The notes: a model not told the origin generated them from the letters alone. DNA of 64,000 bases from a bacterium (GCA_963674965.2 CAXXFL010000001.1:1120001-1184000), one strand, 5' to 3'. Shown: positions 19,535 to 28,908, numbered from the stretch's first letter. Translations and numbers: made by a program.

Positions 19535-20188
19535 CTACTTCGCGTGCTCAAGAATCCATACCTCGGGACCGGAGACGGGCAGGGCGCCGCCGCCAATATC
19601 GACCTCGCTTTTTCCCGTCTTCTTGACGTTGGTCATAAGCTCGGCGAACTCGTCCACCCCGGCCAGGGGAAAGCCGCACTTCGCGGTCTTGAAATGCATG
19701 GGTATGACCAGCCGGGGTTTTATCTGCTCGACCAGCTTGGCGGCGTTTTCCGGTCCCACCGTGAAGGTCCCTCCCACGGGCGCGAGCAGGACGTCGACCG
19801 GCCCGAGCTTCTCGAGCTGGCCCTTGGAAAGGAGATGGCCAAGGTCCCCGGCGAAGCAGACCCGCACCCCATCCACGGTAAAGGCGAAGACCGTGTTCTT
19901 GCCTCTTTCCTTGCCGCCGGACTCGTCGTGGGCCGCCTCGATGGCGCTGAAATCAATTCCCTTCGCCTGGCCGGCGGTTTTAAGCACCTTCGGGTTTCCT
20001 CCCACTCCCTCGGCGTAGCTGTGGTCCGGATGATCGTGACTCACCAGTACCACGTCGGCAGGCTCGTCGACCACGCCGTAGGTAAGGGCCCCGCCGTATC
20101 CGGACGGGTCGTAAGGGTCCGTCACGATGACCGAGCCGTCACTGGAAGTAATGGTGAAACTGGCGTGGCCGTTCCATTTGATTTTCAT
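19535..20188 (-). CDS. MBL-fold metallo-hydrolase
   Basis: MKIKWNGHASF, TDPY, SHDHPDH, GDLGH, PVGG and IPMHF motifs. Confidence 0.9.
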   Translation of the reverse strand: MKIKWNGHASFTITSSDGSVIVTDPYDPSGYGGALTYGVVDEPADVVLVSHDHPDHSYAEGVGGNPKVLKTAGQAKGIDFSAIEAAHDESGGKERGKNTVFAFTVDGVRVCFAGDLGHLLSKGQLEKLGPVDVLLAPVGGTFTVGPENAAKLVEQIKPRLVIPMHFKTAKCGFPLAGVDEFAELMTNVKKTGKSEVDIGGGALPVSGPEVWILEHAK

Positions 20189-20396
20189 AACCTTACCCCC
20201 TTGCGAGCCTTCGCCGGCGTCCCGGCGCCAAACCAAACCTCGCCGCCCGTTTGGCGGCCTCCCTTATGGCCGATCGCTTAATCATAAGCGGTGTCCAAAC
20301 GGGTTGTCAATAAAGTCACGCCGGCCGCGTAACCGGCCAGGGAAGCGCGTGATATAATGTTCGTGCGGAGAGCCGGCGGGCGGCCGCCACGATGAC

Positions 20397-21758
20397 ATGG
20401 TTAAAGGACGCGATAAAAAGAAAAAAGCCGGGGCCAGGAAAATAGCCTTTGACGCCTTATGGAGAGTGGAGGCCAAGGGTCATCACGCCGACGCGGCCCT
20501 CGATCTCCTTTTTTCCGAGAGACGCGTCGAGGAACGGGAAAGGTCCTTCGCCTCGGAGCTTGCCTACGGGACCCTGAGGTGGCGGGGCCTTTTGGATTTT
20601 CATATCGGCCAGGCTTTGGACCGACCCCTCTCGAGGCTGGAGCGGAACGCGCTTATCGCGCTCCGGCTTGGGGCTTACCAGATACTTCTGCTCGACCGCG
20701 TTCCCCCCTCGGCGGCGGTGAACGAGAGCGTGTCCCTTGCTCCGCCCGGGGCCCGGGGCCTGGTCAACGCGGTCCTGAGGAAATTGGCGTCCGGAGAAGA
20801 CCTCGCCGATCCCGGAGCTATAAGCGATCCGGCCGAGCGCCTGTCCGTCGTTCATTCCCATCCCGCCTGGATGGTGGAATACTTTTTTAAATATATCGGG
20901 GCAGAGGAAACGGAAAAGTTCCTTAGCGCCAACAACGTTCGCCCGGTCCTTTCTCTGCGGGCAAACTCGGGAAGGACCAGCCGTGAGGCCCTCGCTCGTC
21001 TTCTGCAAAAGGAGGGAGTAAATTGCTCGGCCGGCCGTTTGAGTCCCCTGGCCGTCACGCTCGAGCGGACGAGAAAGGTCGCCGACCTTCCCGGCTTTAG
21101 CGAGGGCCTTTTCGCGGTCCAGGACGAGGCCAGCCAGTTGGCCGCGCTGGTCCTGGCGCCGTGTCCGGGCGAGACCGTTCTCGACGCCTGCGCGGCCCCC
21201 GGCGTGAAGAGCCTGCAAATAATGCAGCTCATGAAGGGAAACGGGCGGGTGGCCGCCGTTGACAAGGACGCGGACAGGCTCGAGTCCATGTCCGCCGAGG
21301 CCGTCAGGATGGGCGTCAAAAACGTGACCCGAATAGTGGGCGACTGGTCGGAAGAAATCAGTTGGCCCGGCCGTTTCAGGAACGTCTTGTTCGACCGCGT
21401 CCTGGTTGACGCTCCCTGCACCGGTTTGGGCACCATCCGCCGGCGGCCCGAGATCAAATGGAACCGGAGGCCCGGCGACCCGTCCGAGCGTTCCGGCTTG
21501 CAAAGAGGAATTCTTGACGAGGCGATCCGGCTGGTCCGGCCGGGCGGCTATGTCGTTTATTCCACCTGCACTCTCACGGCCGAGGAAAACGATGGCGTCC
21601 TTCGGCCATATCTTGAGGACGGGCGCCTTGCGCTCGAGGACCCGGCGGGGGGACATCCCCATCTTTCGCCTCTGGTTAAAGACGGGGCCATCAGGACCTG
21701 GCCCCACCTTACCGGGACCGACGGCTTTACCATTTACAAGCTGAGAAAGCCAGGTTGA
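20397..21758 (+). CDS. rsmB: 16S rRNA m5C967 methyltransferase RsmB/Sun
   Basis: NusB-like N-terminus (ELAYGTLRW, LRLGAYQ, AVNESV); VQDEASQ, LDACAAPG.K, DAPCTGLG and YSTCT..EEN motifs. Confidence 0.95.
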   Translation: MVKGRDKKKKAGARKIAFDALWRVEAKGHHADAALDLLFSERRVEERERSFASELAYGTLRWRGLLDFHIGQALDRPLSRLERNALIALRLGAYQILLLDRVPPSAAVNESVSLAPPGARGLVNAVLRKLASGEDLADPGAISDPAERLSVVHSHPAWMVEYFFKYIGAEETEKFLSANNVRPVLSLRANSGRTSREALARLLQKEGVNCSAGRLSPLAVTLERTRKVADLPGFSEGLFAVQDEASQLAALVLAPCPGETVLDACAAPGVKSLQIMQLMKGNGRVAAVDKDADRLESMSAEAVRMGVKNVTRIVGDWSEEISWPGRFRNVLFDRVLVDAPCTGLGTIRRRPEIKWNRRPGDPSERSGLQRGILDEAIRLVRPGGYVVYSTCTLTAEENDGVLRPYLEDGRLALEDPAGGHPHLSPLVKDGAIRTWPHLTGTDGFTIYKLRKPG

Positions 21759-21761
21759 GGC

Positions 21762-21795
21762 AAAAAGGCCCGGACGCCGTTGACGCCCGGGCCTT
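21762..21795. terminator. Terminator between convergent rsmB and porin genes
   Basis: AAAAAGGCCCGG-ACGCCGTTGACG-CCCGGGCCTT. Confidence 0.6.
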
Positions 21796-21811
21796 GGTCG
21801 AAGGCTTTTCC

Positions 21812-22978
21812 CTATATCGCCGGCGATAAGGAGACGTCGAAAAGGAACTGCATGTTGATGAAGAATATGTTGTCGTCCTGGTCGTCGGTAAAGTCGTTCA
21901 CCGTGTTTTTATCCACGTAGTTGGCCTGTATTCTGAAGGAGGGGGAAGGCGAGAAGTTGGCTCCGAAGGTCCAGTTTTTCTGGTCGGTCACGTCGCCGTT
22001 CTCGTCGAACTCGGATGAGAACTCGTCGTATCTTATTCCCAGCTCGAGTCTGTCGTCGAAAAAGGCCTGAACGACCTGTCCCCCGTATCCCTTATAGTCG
22101 TAGATATAGTTAAGGGCCACCCACAGGTCGTCCAGATGTCCCTCTCCGTAGAACCCGTAAATCCTGGTTCCCCAGGGAAGCTTCACCAAAAGATCGGCGC
22201 TCCAGGCTTCGCGGTCGATATCGAACACGGTCTTTTTGTCGTCGTAGAGCGCGTCCTCATGCTTGTTGTAGCTGTAATGGCCGCCCAGGGTGACCTCGGG
22301 AACCGCCTGCAGCTCGAGCCTGGCCCCGTAGAAGTATTCACCGAACTTGTTGGTGTAAAAATACTCGGGGCTTTCCTCGCCGCCCACGTAGAAGTTGCCC
22401 CCAATGCCGTTGGATATCATGAGGAAATAACGAAGCTGGGTCGCGTCGTCGTCCCCTATTTTTCCCTTGAAGGCCACGCCCATGTCGCGGTTGTTAGATG
22501 ACTGGGCCATGAGCAACGATATATATGGAGTGCGGGAAAGTGAATAGTCTCCCACCATCTTGGCGAAGGTCGTCCTGGTGATGAAGTCCAGGCCCTGATC
22601 GGGGGTGAGGACCTCGCCGGTCGAGGGTATCTTCATAAGACCCACGTAAAACCCCAGCCAGTCGGCCACGTGATATGCCCCCCAGGCGTCGATCACGTCC
22701 GTTCTTTCCTCGAGCCTCAGCTTGAACATGCCCTCGACCTTGCCGTCCGCGGTGAGGAAGTGAACGCCCAGCCGGCCCTGCTTGAAGTTGAAACCGCTGG
22801 CCTCGTCCACCGCCGGGTCGAGCGTTCCCTGCTGGAGCCGGCCGTTCTCGACCTGCTCCTGGACCACCCACCAGAAGTTGGCGTTGCCCGAAAGAGTGAC
22901 CATGGGACCATCCGATCCCAGGGCGAGGGCGGGAAATATAACCGCCGCCGCGATGGCCAGTATCGCCGTTTTTTTCAT
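21812..22978 (-). CDS. Outer-membrane beta-barrel porin, OprO/OprP (phosphate-selective porin)-like
   Basis: Signal peptide MKKTAILAI; F..KQGRL, DAW..Y, G..KIP..E, LDFITR and RDMGV motifs; amphipathic strands ending FINMQFLF. Confidence 0.75.
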   Translation of the reverse strand: MKKTAILAIAAAVIFPALALGSDGPMVTLSGNANFWWVVQEQVENGRLQQGTLDPAVDEASGFNFKQGRLGVHFLTADGKVEGMFKLRLEERTDVIDAWGAYHVADWLGFYVGLMKIPSTGEVLTPDQGLDFITRTTFAKMVGDYSLSRTPYISLLMAQSSNNRDMGVAFKGKIGDDDATQLRYFLMISNGIGGNFYVGGEESPEYFYTNKFGEYFYGARLELQAVPEVTLGGHYSYNKHEDALYDDKKTVFDIDREAWSADLLVKLPWGTRIYGFYGEGHLDDLWVALNYIYDYKGYGGQVVQAFFDDRLELGIRYDEFSSEFDENGDVTDQKNWTFGANFSPSPSFRIQANYVDKNTVNDFTDDQDDNIFFINMQFLFDVSLSPAI

Positions 22979-23124
22979 TTTCTTTCTCTCCCATCCTGAG
23001 GCGGAAATGGCAACCGCCGTCATGCCTCGCGCGAAGTCAAAGGCGCGCGGTCTTTTATGACGCTCGAACGTCGTCCCCGGAAGGCCCTTCACGGGCCCGC
23101 CGGGGACGTTTTCCGCGCGTGGAT

Positions 23125-24438
23125 TTATGGCGTCTGTATGCCGTAGCCGTAAAGAAGTATCTTGTTTTCCTGGATCAGGGCCCAGCCGCCGTTGTTGATG
23201 TCGAACTCCTCGCATCCCTCGGGCATGGGCATGACCCTGATAACGACCGCTCCCTTGGCCATGTCCCCGGCGTTATGGCACTTGCATTCGTCGTATGGAT
23301 AGGTATCGGCCTCGGTGCATCCCATTTTATCCTGATCAAGCCCCCAGTCCGGATGCATGACGTATTTGGGGTCAAGGGTATCGCTGCAATCGGAGTCCTC
23401 GAGGTTTGCCATCCACGGGGGAATGACGTTCCGGAAGGGGCCCTCGCCCCCTATCTTTCCGCTCGAGTCGTCCAGATAGGCCTTGTCCAGCAGGCTTCCG
23501 TCCCTCTCGTAGGCCAGGAGGTGCCACATCTCGTCCACGATGGTCTCGCCGTCGCTGTAGCCGTGGGTTTGGGCCGGGTAATCCACGAAGGCGCACTCGC
23601 CGAGGTCGTTGACTCCGAAGCCGTCGAAGAAGTAGCTGGGCGGGAACTGGTCGGCGATCTTATCCACGTCAAAGGTGAGGCTGTAGCCGTCGGGAGCGAC
23701 CACGTGAATTCCCTCGACGCCGGCGCCGTCCAGTTCCAGGTCCAGTCCGCCATAGTGCTTGATGAAGTCCTTCATGCGCACGCCCTTGTAGTTGGCGTAA
23801 TTGTCGAACTGCTGCTTCGAGGTGTTGGAAAGCAGGAACATATCGTACTTGGCGATGCCGGCGTCGTTTCTTACCTGGTTCAGGGTTACCGTCACCACCG
23901 GGCAAAGCGCCTGGCCGGGCATGCTGCCCGCGTCGCCCGGGTACTTGACGTCGTCTATCTCCTCGCGGTTGGTGAAGCCGTCGCCGTCGCTGTCGTTCTG
24001 GTCGATTTTAACCAGGGCGTTGAGGTTTTTTCCATTTAGCATGTAGTCCTTGCCGTACTCGTTAAGGGTTTCCCAGAAGGTGGTGGGAAGACCGAGCCAC
24101 CCATCCATGGGATGCTCGATGTAATGGCAGAAGGTGCAAACGTCGGCCTGGATGTCCTTATAGCCGCCGCCCTTGGGTTTTTGCACCACCCCGCTCTTAT
24201 GGCAGGTCTGGCAGTCGTCAAGACGCGTGCCGTAAACCCACGGGTACACCCTGACGAAGTTGTTGATGTCCGCGTCGCTGGCGTGGCCCTTGTACGCGCG
24301 CGACGAGAAGTTCCTGTCGTCCGCGTTGTCGTCGTCGTGGTCGCATCCCGTTACGACGATGAACGAGGCGCCCACGGCGAAACTCGCCACGATGAGCGCC
24401 GCCAAAGCGCCGCTTGCCGCTTTCCTTAGACAATCCAT
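23125..24438 (-). CDS. Diheme c-type cytochrome lipoprotein of the 'GEGP motif' family
   Basis: Start MDCLRK after CAGGAGGG; lipobox VTGC; CQTCH and CTFCH; DSDGDGFTN.EE; APDGY and GGEGPFR (resembles a molybdopterin-oxidoreductase-like domain); HNAG. Confidence 0.85.
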   Translation of the reverse strand: MDCLRKAASGALAALIVASFAVGASFIVVTGCDHDDDNADDRNFSSRAYKGHASDADINNFVRVYPWVYGTRLDDCQTCHKSGVVQKPKGGGYKDIQADVCTFCHYIEHPMDGWLGLPTTFWETLNEYGKDYMLNGKNLNALVKIDQNDSDGDGFTNREEIDDVKYPGDAGSMPGQALCPVVTVTLNQVRNDAGIAKYDMFLLSNTSKQQFDNYANYKGVRMKDFIKHYGGLDLELDGAGVEGIHVVAPDGYSLTFDVDKIADQFPPSYFFDGFGVNDLGECAFVDYPAQTHGYSDGETIVDEMWHLLAYERDGSLLDKAYLDDSSGKIGGEGPFRNVIPPWMANLEDSDCSDTLDPKYVMHPDWGLDQDKMGCTEADTYPYDECKCHNAGDMAKGAVVIRVMPMPEGCEEFDINNGGWALIQENKILLYGYGIQTP

Positions 24439-24525
24439 TTTACCCCTCCTGTTCTTCCCGACCCGGCGGACCGGGTCTCGCCCTTTCCAAAAACTGCCGC
24501 GCCTGGCCCAAAAAGGAGGGATCGA

Positions 24526-24556
24526 AAAATAATAAGGCTTCCCCCCTGGGAAGCCG
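24526..24556 (-). terminator. Second terminator-like hairpin in the leader
   Basis: Minus strand GGCTTCCC-AGGG-GGGAAGCC-TTATTATTTTT. Confidence 0.45.
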
Positions 24557-24571
24557 GCCACGCGACCCGAA

Positions 24572-24603
24572 TAAAAAAGCGGTTCCCCATAATGAAACCG
24601 CTC
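24572..24603 (-). terminator. Intrinsic terminator, expression platform of the riboswitch
   Basis: Minus strand GAGCGGTTTC-ATTATGG-GGAACCGCT-TTTTTAT, ~10 nt downstream of aptamer P1. Confidence 0.75.
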
Positions 24604-24612
24604 GACCTCGGG

Positions 24613-24722
24613 CCGCGCCTCCTTTCCAAGCATGGGGGGCCGCGAGGTTTCCCCCGCCGCCGAATGGCCGGCTCGCCATAGCCATTTCTCCAGCCTTAGG
24701 CGAAGCCGACTCGGAGACGAGG
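24613..24722 (-). ncRNA. Molybdenum/tungsten cofactor (Moco/Tuco) riboswitch
   Basis: Minus strand CCTCGTCTCCGAG TCGGCTTCG CCTAAG ... TATGG CGAGCCGG ... GCGGGG GAAA CCTCGC ... CCCCCATGCTTGGAAAGGAGGCGCGG. Hallmarks CUCCGAG, CCUAAG/UAUGG tetraloop receptor, GAAA tetraloop and UUGGAAAGGAG are present; P1 pairs 9 of 10. Confidence 0.88.
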
Positions 24723-24888
24723 AATATTTTATAAAAACGAGACAGAATAGTCAACAGCTTTGCGTCAATGACCGGCCGGTAAAGGGCGCCTACGAAGAAA
24801 TTTTTTAACAACGGGAATCTCGGGCTACACTAGTAAACGTAAAAGAGACCGGCCGTCGGCCGCGTCTACTCGTCCGCGGGGGAATGTT

Positions 24889-25593
24889 TTGAAGACCGAT
24901 CCAATTATAGTAAAAAAGCGGCTCGCCCGCATACTGGCCTGGGCCATCGTGTTTCTCTTATGGCTGGCCGCGACCAGGGCCACCCTTCATAATCCGCTTC
25001 TGAACTTCTCGGTGGTGGACCCGGGCAGGCTTATGCGCTCGGGCCAGCCGTACGCGCAAGATTACGAGGAGATAAAGTCCACAAAGGGCCTGGGCACGAT
25101 CGTCAATCTGCGCGGCTCCATCCGCGCCGCCGAAAGGGAGTGGGCCGAGGCCAACGGCGTCAAGGTGATCGCCATGCGCATGTGGGCGGATATCCCTCCC
25201 AAGTCCTCCCAGGTGGGGGTCTTCTTCGCCGTCATGAGGGGAGAGCCGATAAACGTCGCGGCCAACGACGATATAATCGTCGAGCACGCCGGGTTGGGCG
25301 GCGAGGAAACGGTGACCTTTCCTTTCCCCGTGCTTTTGCACTGCGAGGGGGGCTCGGACCGGACGGGCGTTCTGACCGCCCTTTACCGCGTGGCCTTCAT
25401 GGGTTGGAGCATGGATGACGCCAAACTCGAGGCCATGCTCAACTGGCACATACCCCCGTCGCATCCGGACCAGTTCAAGTACCTTGACGGCGTCAAAGGT
25501 CCGATAGGCCCATCTTTCGGGGACGAGCCGCGCAAGACGAAGGAGTCCGCCAAGGAGGAAATAAAGGGGCCATCCCCCTCGCCGCTGGATTAA
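24889..25593 (+). CDS. Membrane-anchored Cys-dependent (tyrosine/dual-specificity) phosphatase
   Basis: NF..V.PGRLMRSGQP, IVNLRG and VLLHCEGGSDRTG (CX5R) motifs; N-terminal TM. Confidence 0.85.
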   Translation: MKTDPIIVKKRLARILAWAIVFLLWLAATRATLHNPLLNFSVVDPGRLMRSGQPYAQDYEEIKSTKGLGTIVNLRGSIRAAEREWAEANGVKVIAMRMWADIPPKSSQVGVFFAVMRGEPINVAANDDIIVEHAGLGGEETVTFPFPVLLHCEGGSDRTGVLTALYRVAFMGWSMDDAKLEAMLNWHIPPSHPDQFKYLDGVKGPIGPSFGDEPRKTKESAKEEIKGPSPSPLD

Positions 25594-25633
25594 TGGCGCC
25601 CTCCGTGAGATTATCTTTTACGAGGCTTTAGTC

Positions 25634-26836
25634 ATGTTCGTCGAGTTTTTTTACGAGTTAAAATCCAAGGGCGTGCCGGTTTCGCCCACTTCTTTCCTTC
25701 GTCTTCAGAAGGCGCTCCACCTGGGGCTTATCGAGTCGCTCGAGGACTTCTATACGGTCACGCGCTCGATCCTCGTGAAGAGCGAGCGTTTTTTCGATCT
25801 TTACGACCGGATATTCGCGTATTACTTCGAGGGAGTCGAGTTCAGCGACGATATAAGCCGGGAGCTTGAGGAGGCCATGCGTCCCCTTCTGGAGGAATGG
25901 CTCAAGGACCCCGAGGAACTGGCGGAGATGCTGGGCATGGACCCTGAGGACGTGCTCAAGCTTTCGCCGGAGGAGTTGGTCAAGTATTTCCTCGAGCGCC
26001 TCAAGGACCAGACCGAGGCCCACCATGGGGGCAACCGCTGGATCGGCACTCAGGGGACCTCGCCGGTGGGCCACTCGGGCAAGAACCCGCAGGGTATGCG
26101 GGTCGGCGGTTCCTCCGGCGGCAAGACCGCCGTCAAGGTCGCCCTCGAGCGGCGCTACAAGGACTACTCCGCGGGCCGGACCATCGGCAAGGCCGAGATG
26201 GGTGAGGCCCTCCGCTATCTTAAGGACCTGCGGCCCGTGGGCCCGAGGGACCAGGTAAACATCGAGGAAAGCATCCGGGCGACCTGCCGCAACGGGGGCG
26301 AGATCGACATCGTGTTCGACCGGGCCCTGCGCGACCGCCTTCGGGTGATCCTGATGATGGACAACGGCGGCTGGTCGATGGACCCCTTCATCGAGGTCTG
26401 CACCACCCTGTTCGCCTACGCCCGCAACCAGTTCAAGGAGCTTCATACCTATTATTTCCATAATTGCATTTACGACCGGGTATGGATCGATCCCATGCGG
26501 ATCAGGCAGCCCAAGAAGACCCTGGACTTTGCCAGGGACGACCCGGACTCGAGGCTGATAATAGTGGGAGACGCCTCCATGGCGCCCTACGAGCTTTTGG
26601 GCGCGGACGGCAGCATCTATTACCACGAGCGCCAGTCAAGGCCCGGCGTCAAGTGGCTCGAGTTCCTGGCCGATACCTTTCCCCATTCGGTTTGGCTCAA
26701 TCCCAAGCGAGAGATCACCTGGGAATACACGGAGGGAGCGACGACCATTTCCCATATCGGGAACGTCTTCCCCATGTTCGACCTGACCATCGAGGGACTC
26801 GAGAAGGCGGCGGCCAAGTTGAAAGAGAAAAATTGA
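25634..26836 (+). CDS. VWA-domain CoxE-like protein
   Basis: H.GGNRWIGT.GTSP.GHSG, MDNGGWSMDP, YFHNCIY, VGDASMAPYEL and WLNP motifs. Confidence 0.88.
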   Translation: MFVEFFYELKSKGVPVSPTSFLRLQKALHLGLIESLEDFYTVTRSILVKSERFFDLYDRIFAYYFEGVEFSDDISRELEEAMRPLLEEWLKDPEELAEMLGMDPEDVLKLSPEELVKYFLERLKDQTEAHHGGNRWIGTQGTSPVGHSGKNPQGMRVGGSSGGKTAVKVALERRYKDYSAGRTIGKAEMGEALRYLKDLRPVGPRDQVNIEESIRATCRNGGEIDIVFDRALRDRLRVILMMDNGGWSMDPFIEVCTTLFAYARNQFKELHTYYFHNCIYDRVWIDPMRIRQPKKTLDFARDDPDSRLIIVGDASMAPYELLGADGSIYYHERQSRPGVKWLEFLADTFPHSVWLNPKREITWEYTEGATTISHIGNVFPMFDLTIEGLEKAAAKLKEKN

Positions 26837-26870
26837 CAATACGGGCTCGGCCTTTTCCCGGATAAGCGTT

Positions 26871-27665
26871 ATGAAGGACGAAAAGAAAAACAAGATTTCG
26901 CTTGATGACCTGATCGAGCTGATGGCGCGGCTAAGGGGCGATGGCGGCTGTCCCTGGGACAGGGAGCAGACCCCGGAGAGCCTTACTCCCTATATCATCG
27001 AGGAGGCCTGCGAGCTGGTAGACGCGGTTAAGGAAAACGACCCGGACCACGTTCGGGAGGAGCTGGGAGACCTTCTTTTCCAGATCGTGTTCCAGGCCCG
27101 GATCGGTTCCGAGCGGGGCGACTTCGACCTCTACGACGTGATCGAGGGCATTCATCGCAAGATGGTTCGCCGCCACCCCCACGTTTTCGGCGACACTCGG
27201 GTTCGGGACTCGGGCGACGTAAAGCGCAACTGGGTAAGGATCAAGGAGAGCGAGGGCAAGAAAAGGCCGAAGGGGGCCCTGGGCAAGGTTCCCAGGTCGC
27301 TGCCCGCCCTTCTTCGGGCCAGGCGTCTGACCGAGAACGCGTCGGAGGTCGGTTTCGACTGGACGGGTCCCACGGAGGTCATGGCCAAGTTCGAGGAGGA
27401 ATGGGAAGAGTTCGAGCTTGCCCTCTCAAGCGGCGACCCGGACCGGATCGAGGATGAGTTTGGGGACGTGCTTTTCGTGCTGGTCAATCTTTCCCGCTTT
27501 ATCAAGCAGGACCCCGAGGCGGCGCTTAACCGGGCGATCGGCAAGTTCACCCGCCGCTTCGGCTACATCGAGGACAAGGTCGAGGAGTCGGGCAGGAAAA
27601 TGGAGGACCTGACCCTTGACGAGATGGAACAAATCTGGAAGCGGGCCAAGGCCGAGGGCGTCTAA
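26871..27665 (+). CDS. mazG: Nucleoside triphosphate pyrophosphohydrolase MazG
   Basis: GCPWDREQT, EELGDLLFQ, RRHPHVFG, GFDW and EFGDVLF motifs. Confidence 0.95.
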   Translation: MKDEKKNKISLDDLIELMARLRGDGGCPWDREQTPESLTPYIIEEACELVDAVKENDPDHVREELGDLLFQIVFQARIGSERGDFDLYDVIEGIHRKMVRRHPHVFGDTRVRDSGDVKRNWVRIKESEGKKRPKGALGKVPRSLPALLRARRLTENASEVGFDWTGPTEVMAKFEEEWEEFELALSSGDPDRIEDEFGDVLFVLVNLSRFIKQDPEAALNRAIGKFTRRFGYIEDKVEESGRKMEDLTLDEMEQIWKRAKAEGV

Positions 27666-27702
27666 GCCGCCTTCTTCCAGGAACGCGATCTAGGAGGACC
27701 GG

Positions 27703-28113
27703 ATGGGTCTCGCGAAAAAAGCGGCCGTCAGATCGGGCCTCATCTTTCCCGGATGGGGCCAGTGGTTCCTGGGCGAGCGCAAGATGGGCCTGGCCATCAT
27801 CGTTGTCGAGACCCTTTTGGTCGTCGTCCTGGGCGTAAGGATCGCCGTCCTGACCTACCGGTTGATCCTTCCGACGGGCAACGTCATGGACGTTCCCGTC
27901 GAGCCGGGCGAGCTGATCGGCTTTATGCTTTCGGGCTTCGGTAAGGTCCACTCCGCGGCCTACTCGGGCAACTGGTGGCTTTTAATTTTAATCGTCGCCA
28001 TCTACGCCTGGAGCGTATGGGACGCCTACTCCCGGGGCAAGAAGCTCGAACTGGCCGGCGCGTCGGAAGAGGCGAATTCGGGCCGGCAAAACGAGCAAGG
28101 AGGAAAGGCATGA
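27703..28113 (+). CDS. Hypothetical membrane protein
   Basis: S.IFPGWGQ.FLG motif with TM helices and W..WDAY; RBS AGGAGG. Confidence 0.7.
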   Translation: MGLAKKAAVRSGLIFPGWGQWFLGERKMGLAIIVVETLLVVVLGVRIAVLTYRLILPTGNVMDVPVEPGELIGFMLSGFGKVHSAAYSGNWWLLILIVAIYAWSVWDAYSRGKKLELAGASEEANSGRQNEQGGKA

Positions 28114-28892
28114 CCGCGGTAATAGTGGAGAATAAGGACGGCGTGGCCGTGGTGACCCTCAACCAGCCCGAGACTTACAACGCCCTGAGCTTCCGGATGG
28201 CCGACGAGTTCGCCAATGCCATGGTCGAGCTGGCCTCGAGCGACGCGGCCCAGGCCGTGATCGTCACCGGGGCGGGCAAGGCTTTCTGCGCCGGCGGCGA
28301 CCTGAAATGGGTTTCCGAGCACGAGGGCGGGAACAAGGCCGCCTTCCACCAGCTGGCGGGAAGGTTCCACCAGGGCGCTCTCGAGATAAAACGCATGAAC
28401 AAGCCGGTCATCGCCGCCATAAACGGCGTGGCCGCGGGCGCGGGATTCACTTTGGCCCTGGGCTGCGACTTCCGGGTCATGGCCGAGTCCGCTTACATGC
28501 TTCAGGCCTACACCTCGGCCGGGCTGTGCATCGATGGAGGCGGGACTTTCTCGCTTCCCCGACTGGTCGGGGCGGCCCGGGCCCTCGAGATAGCGGCCTT
28601 CGACGAAAAGATCTTCCCCGAAAAGGCCCTGGAATGGGGACTGGTCAACAAGGTCGTCCCCGACAAGATGGTCATGGAAGCGGCCTTGACCATGGCCGAC
28701 GCCCTGCGGGCCAGGTCCATTAATTCCTTTGCCCGCGCGAAAAGGCTTATTAACGAGTCCTTTTCCTCCTCGCTCGAGAGCCAGCTCGAGAAGGAAAGGG
28801 AAGCAATAGCCGAGTGCGGCGCCCATCCCGACGGGACCGAGGGAATCAAGGCCTTCCTGGAAAAAAGAAAGCCCGTCTTCAACCGCGAGTGA
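28110..28892 (+). CDS. Enoyl-CoA hydratase/isomerase (crotonase, PaaG-like)
   Basis: TLN.P...NAL, AFCAGGDL, AINGVAAGAG..LAL.CD and EGIKAFLEKRKP motifs; ATGA overlap with the upstream gene. Confidence 0.93.
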   Translation: MTAVIVENKDGVAVVTLNQPETYNALSFRMADEFANAMVELASSDAAQAVIVTGAGKAFCAGGDLKWVSEHEGGNKAAFHQLAGRFHQGALEIKRMNKPVIAAINGVAAGAGFTLALGCDFRVMAESAYMLQAYTSAGLCIDGGGTFSLPRLVGAARALEIAAFDEKIFPEKALEWGLVNKVVPDKMVMEAALTMADALRARSINSFARAKRLINESFSSSLESQLEKEREAIAECGAHPDGTEGIKAFLEKRKPVFNRE

Positions 28893-28908
28893 TTTAAGCC
28901 GGAAAGAT

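Noticed and set aside
24478-24500. Second TTGGAAAGG motif suggesting a tandem Moco aptamer
   Set aside because: It lacks the CUCCGAG, CCUAAG/UAUGG and GAAA-stem elements.
24439-24633. N-terminal extension of the GEGP protein
   Set aside because: It runs through the riboswitch and terminators; the signal peptide and RBS point to ATG 24438.
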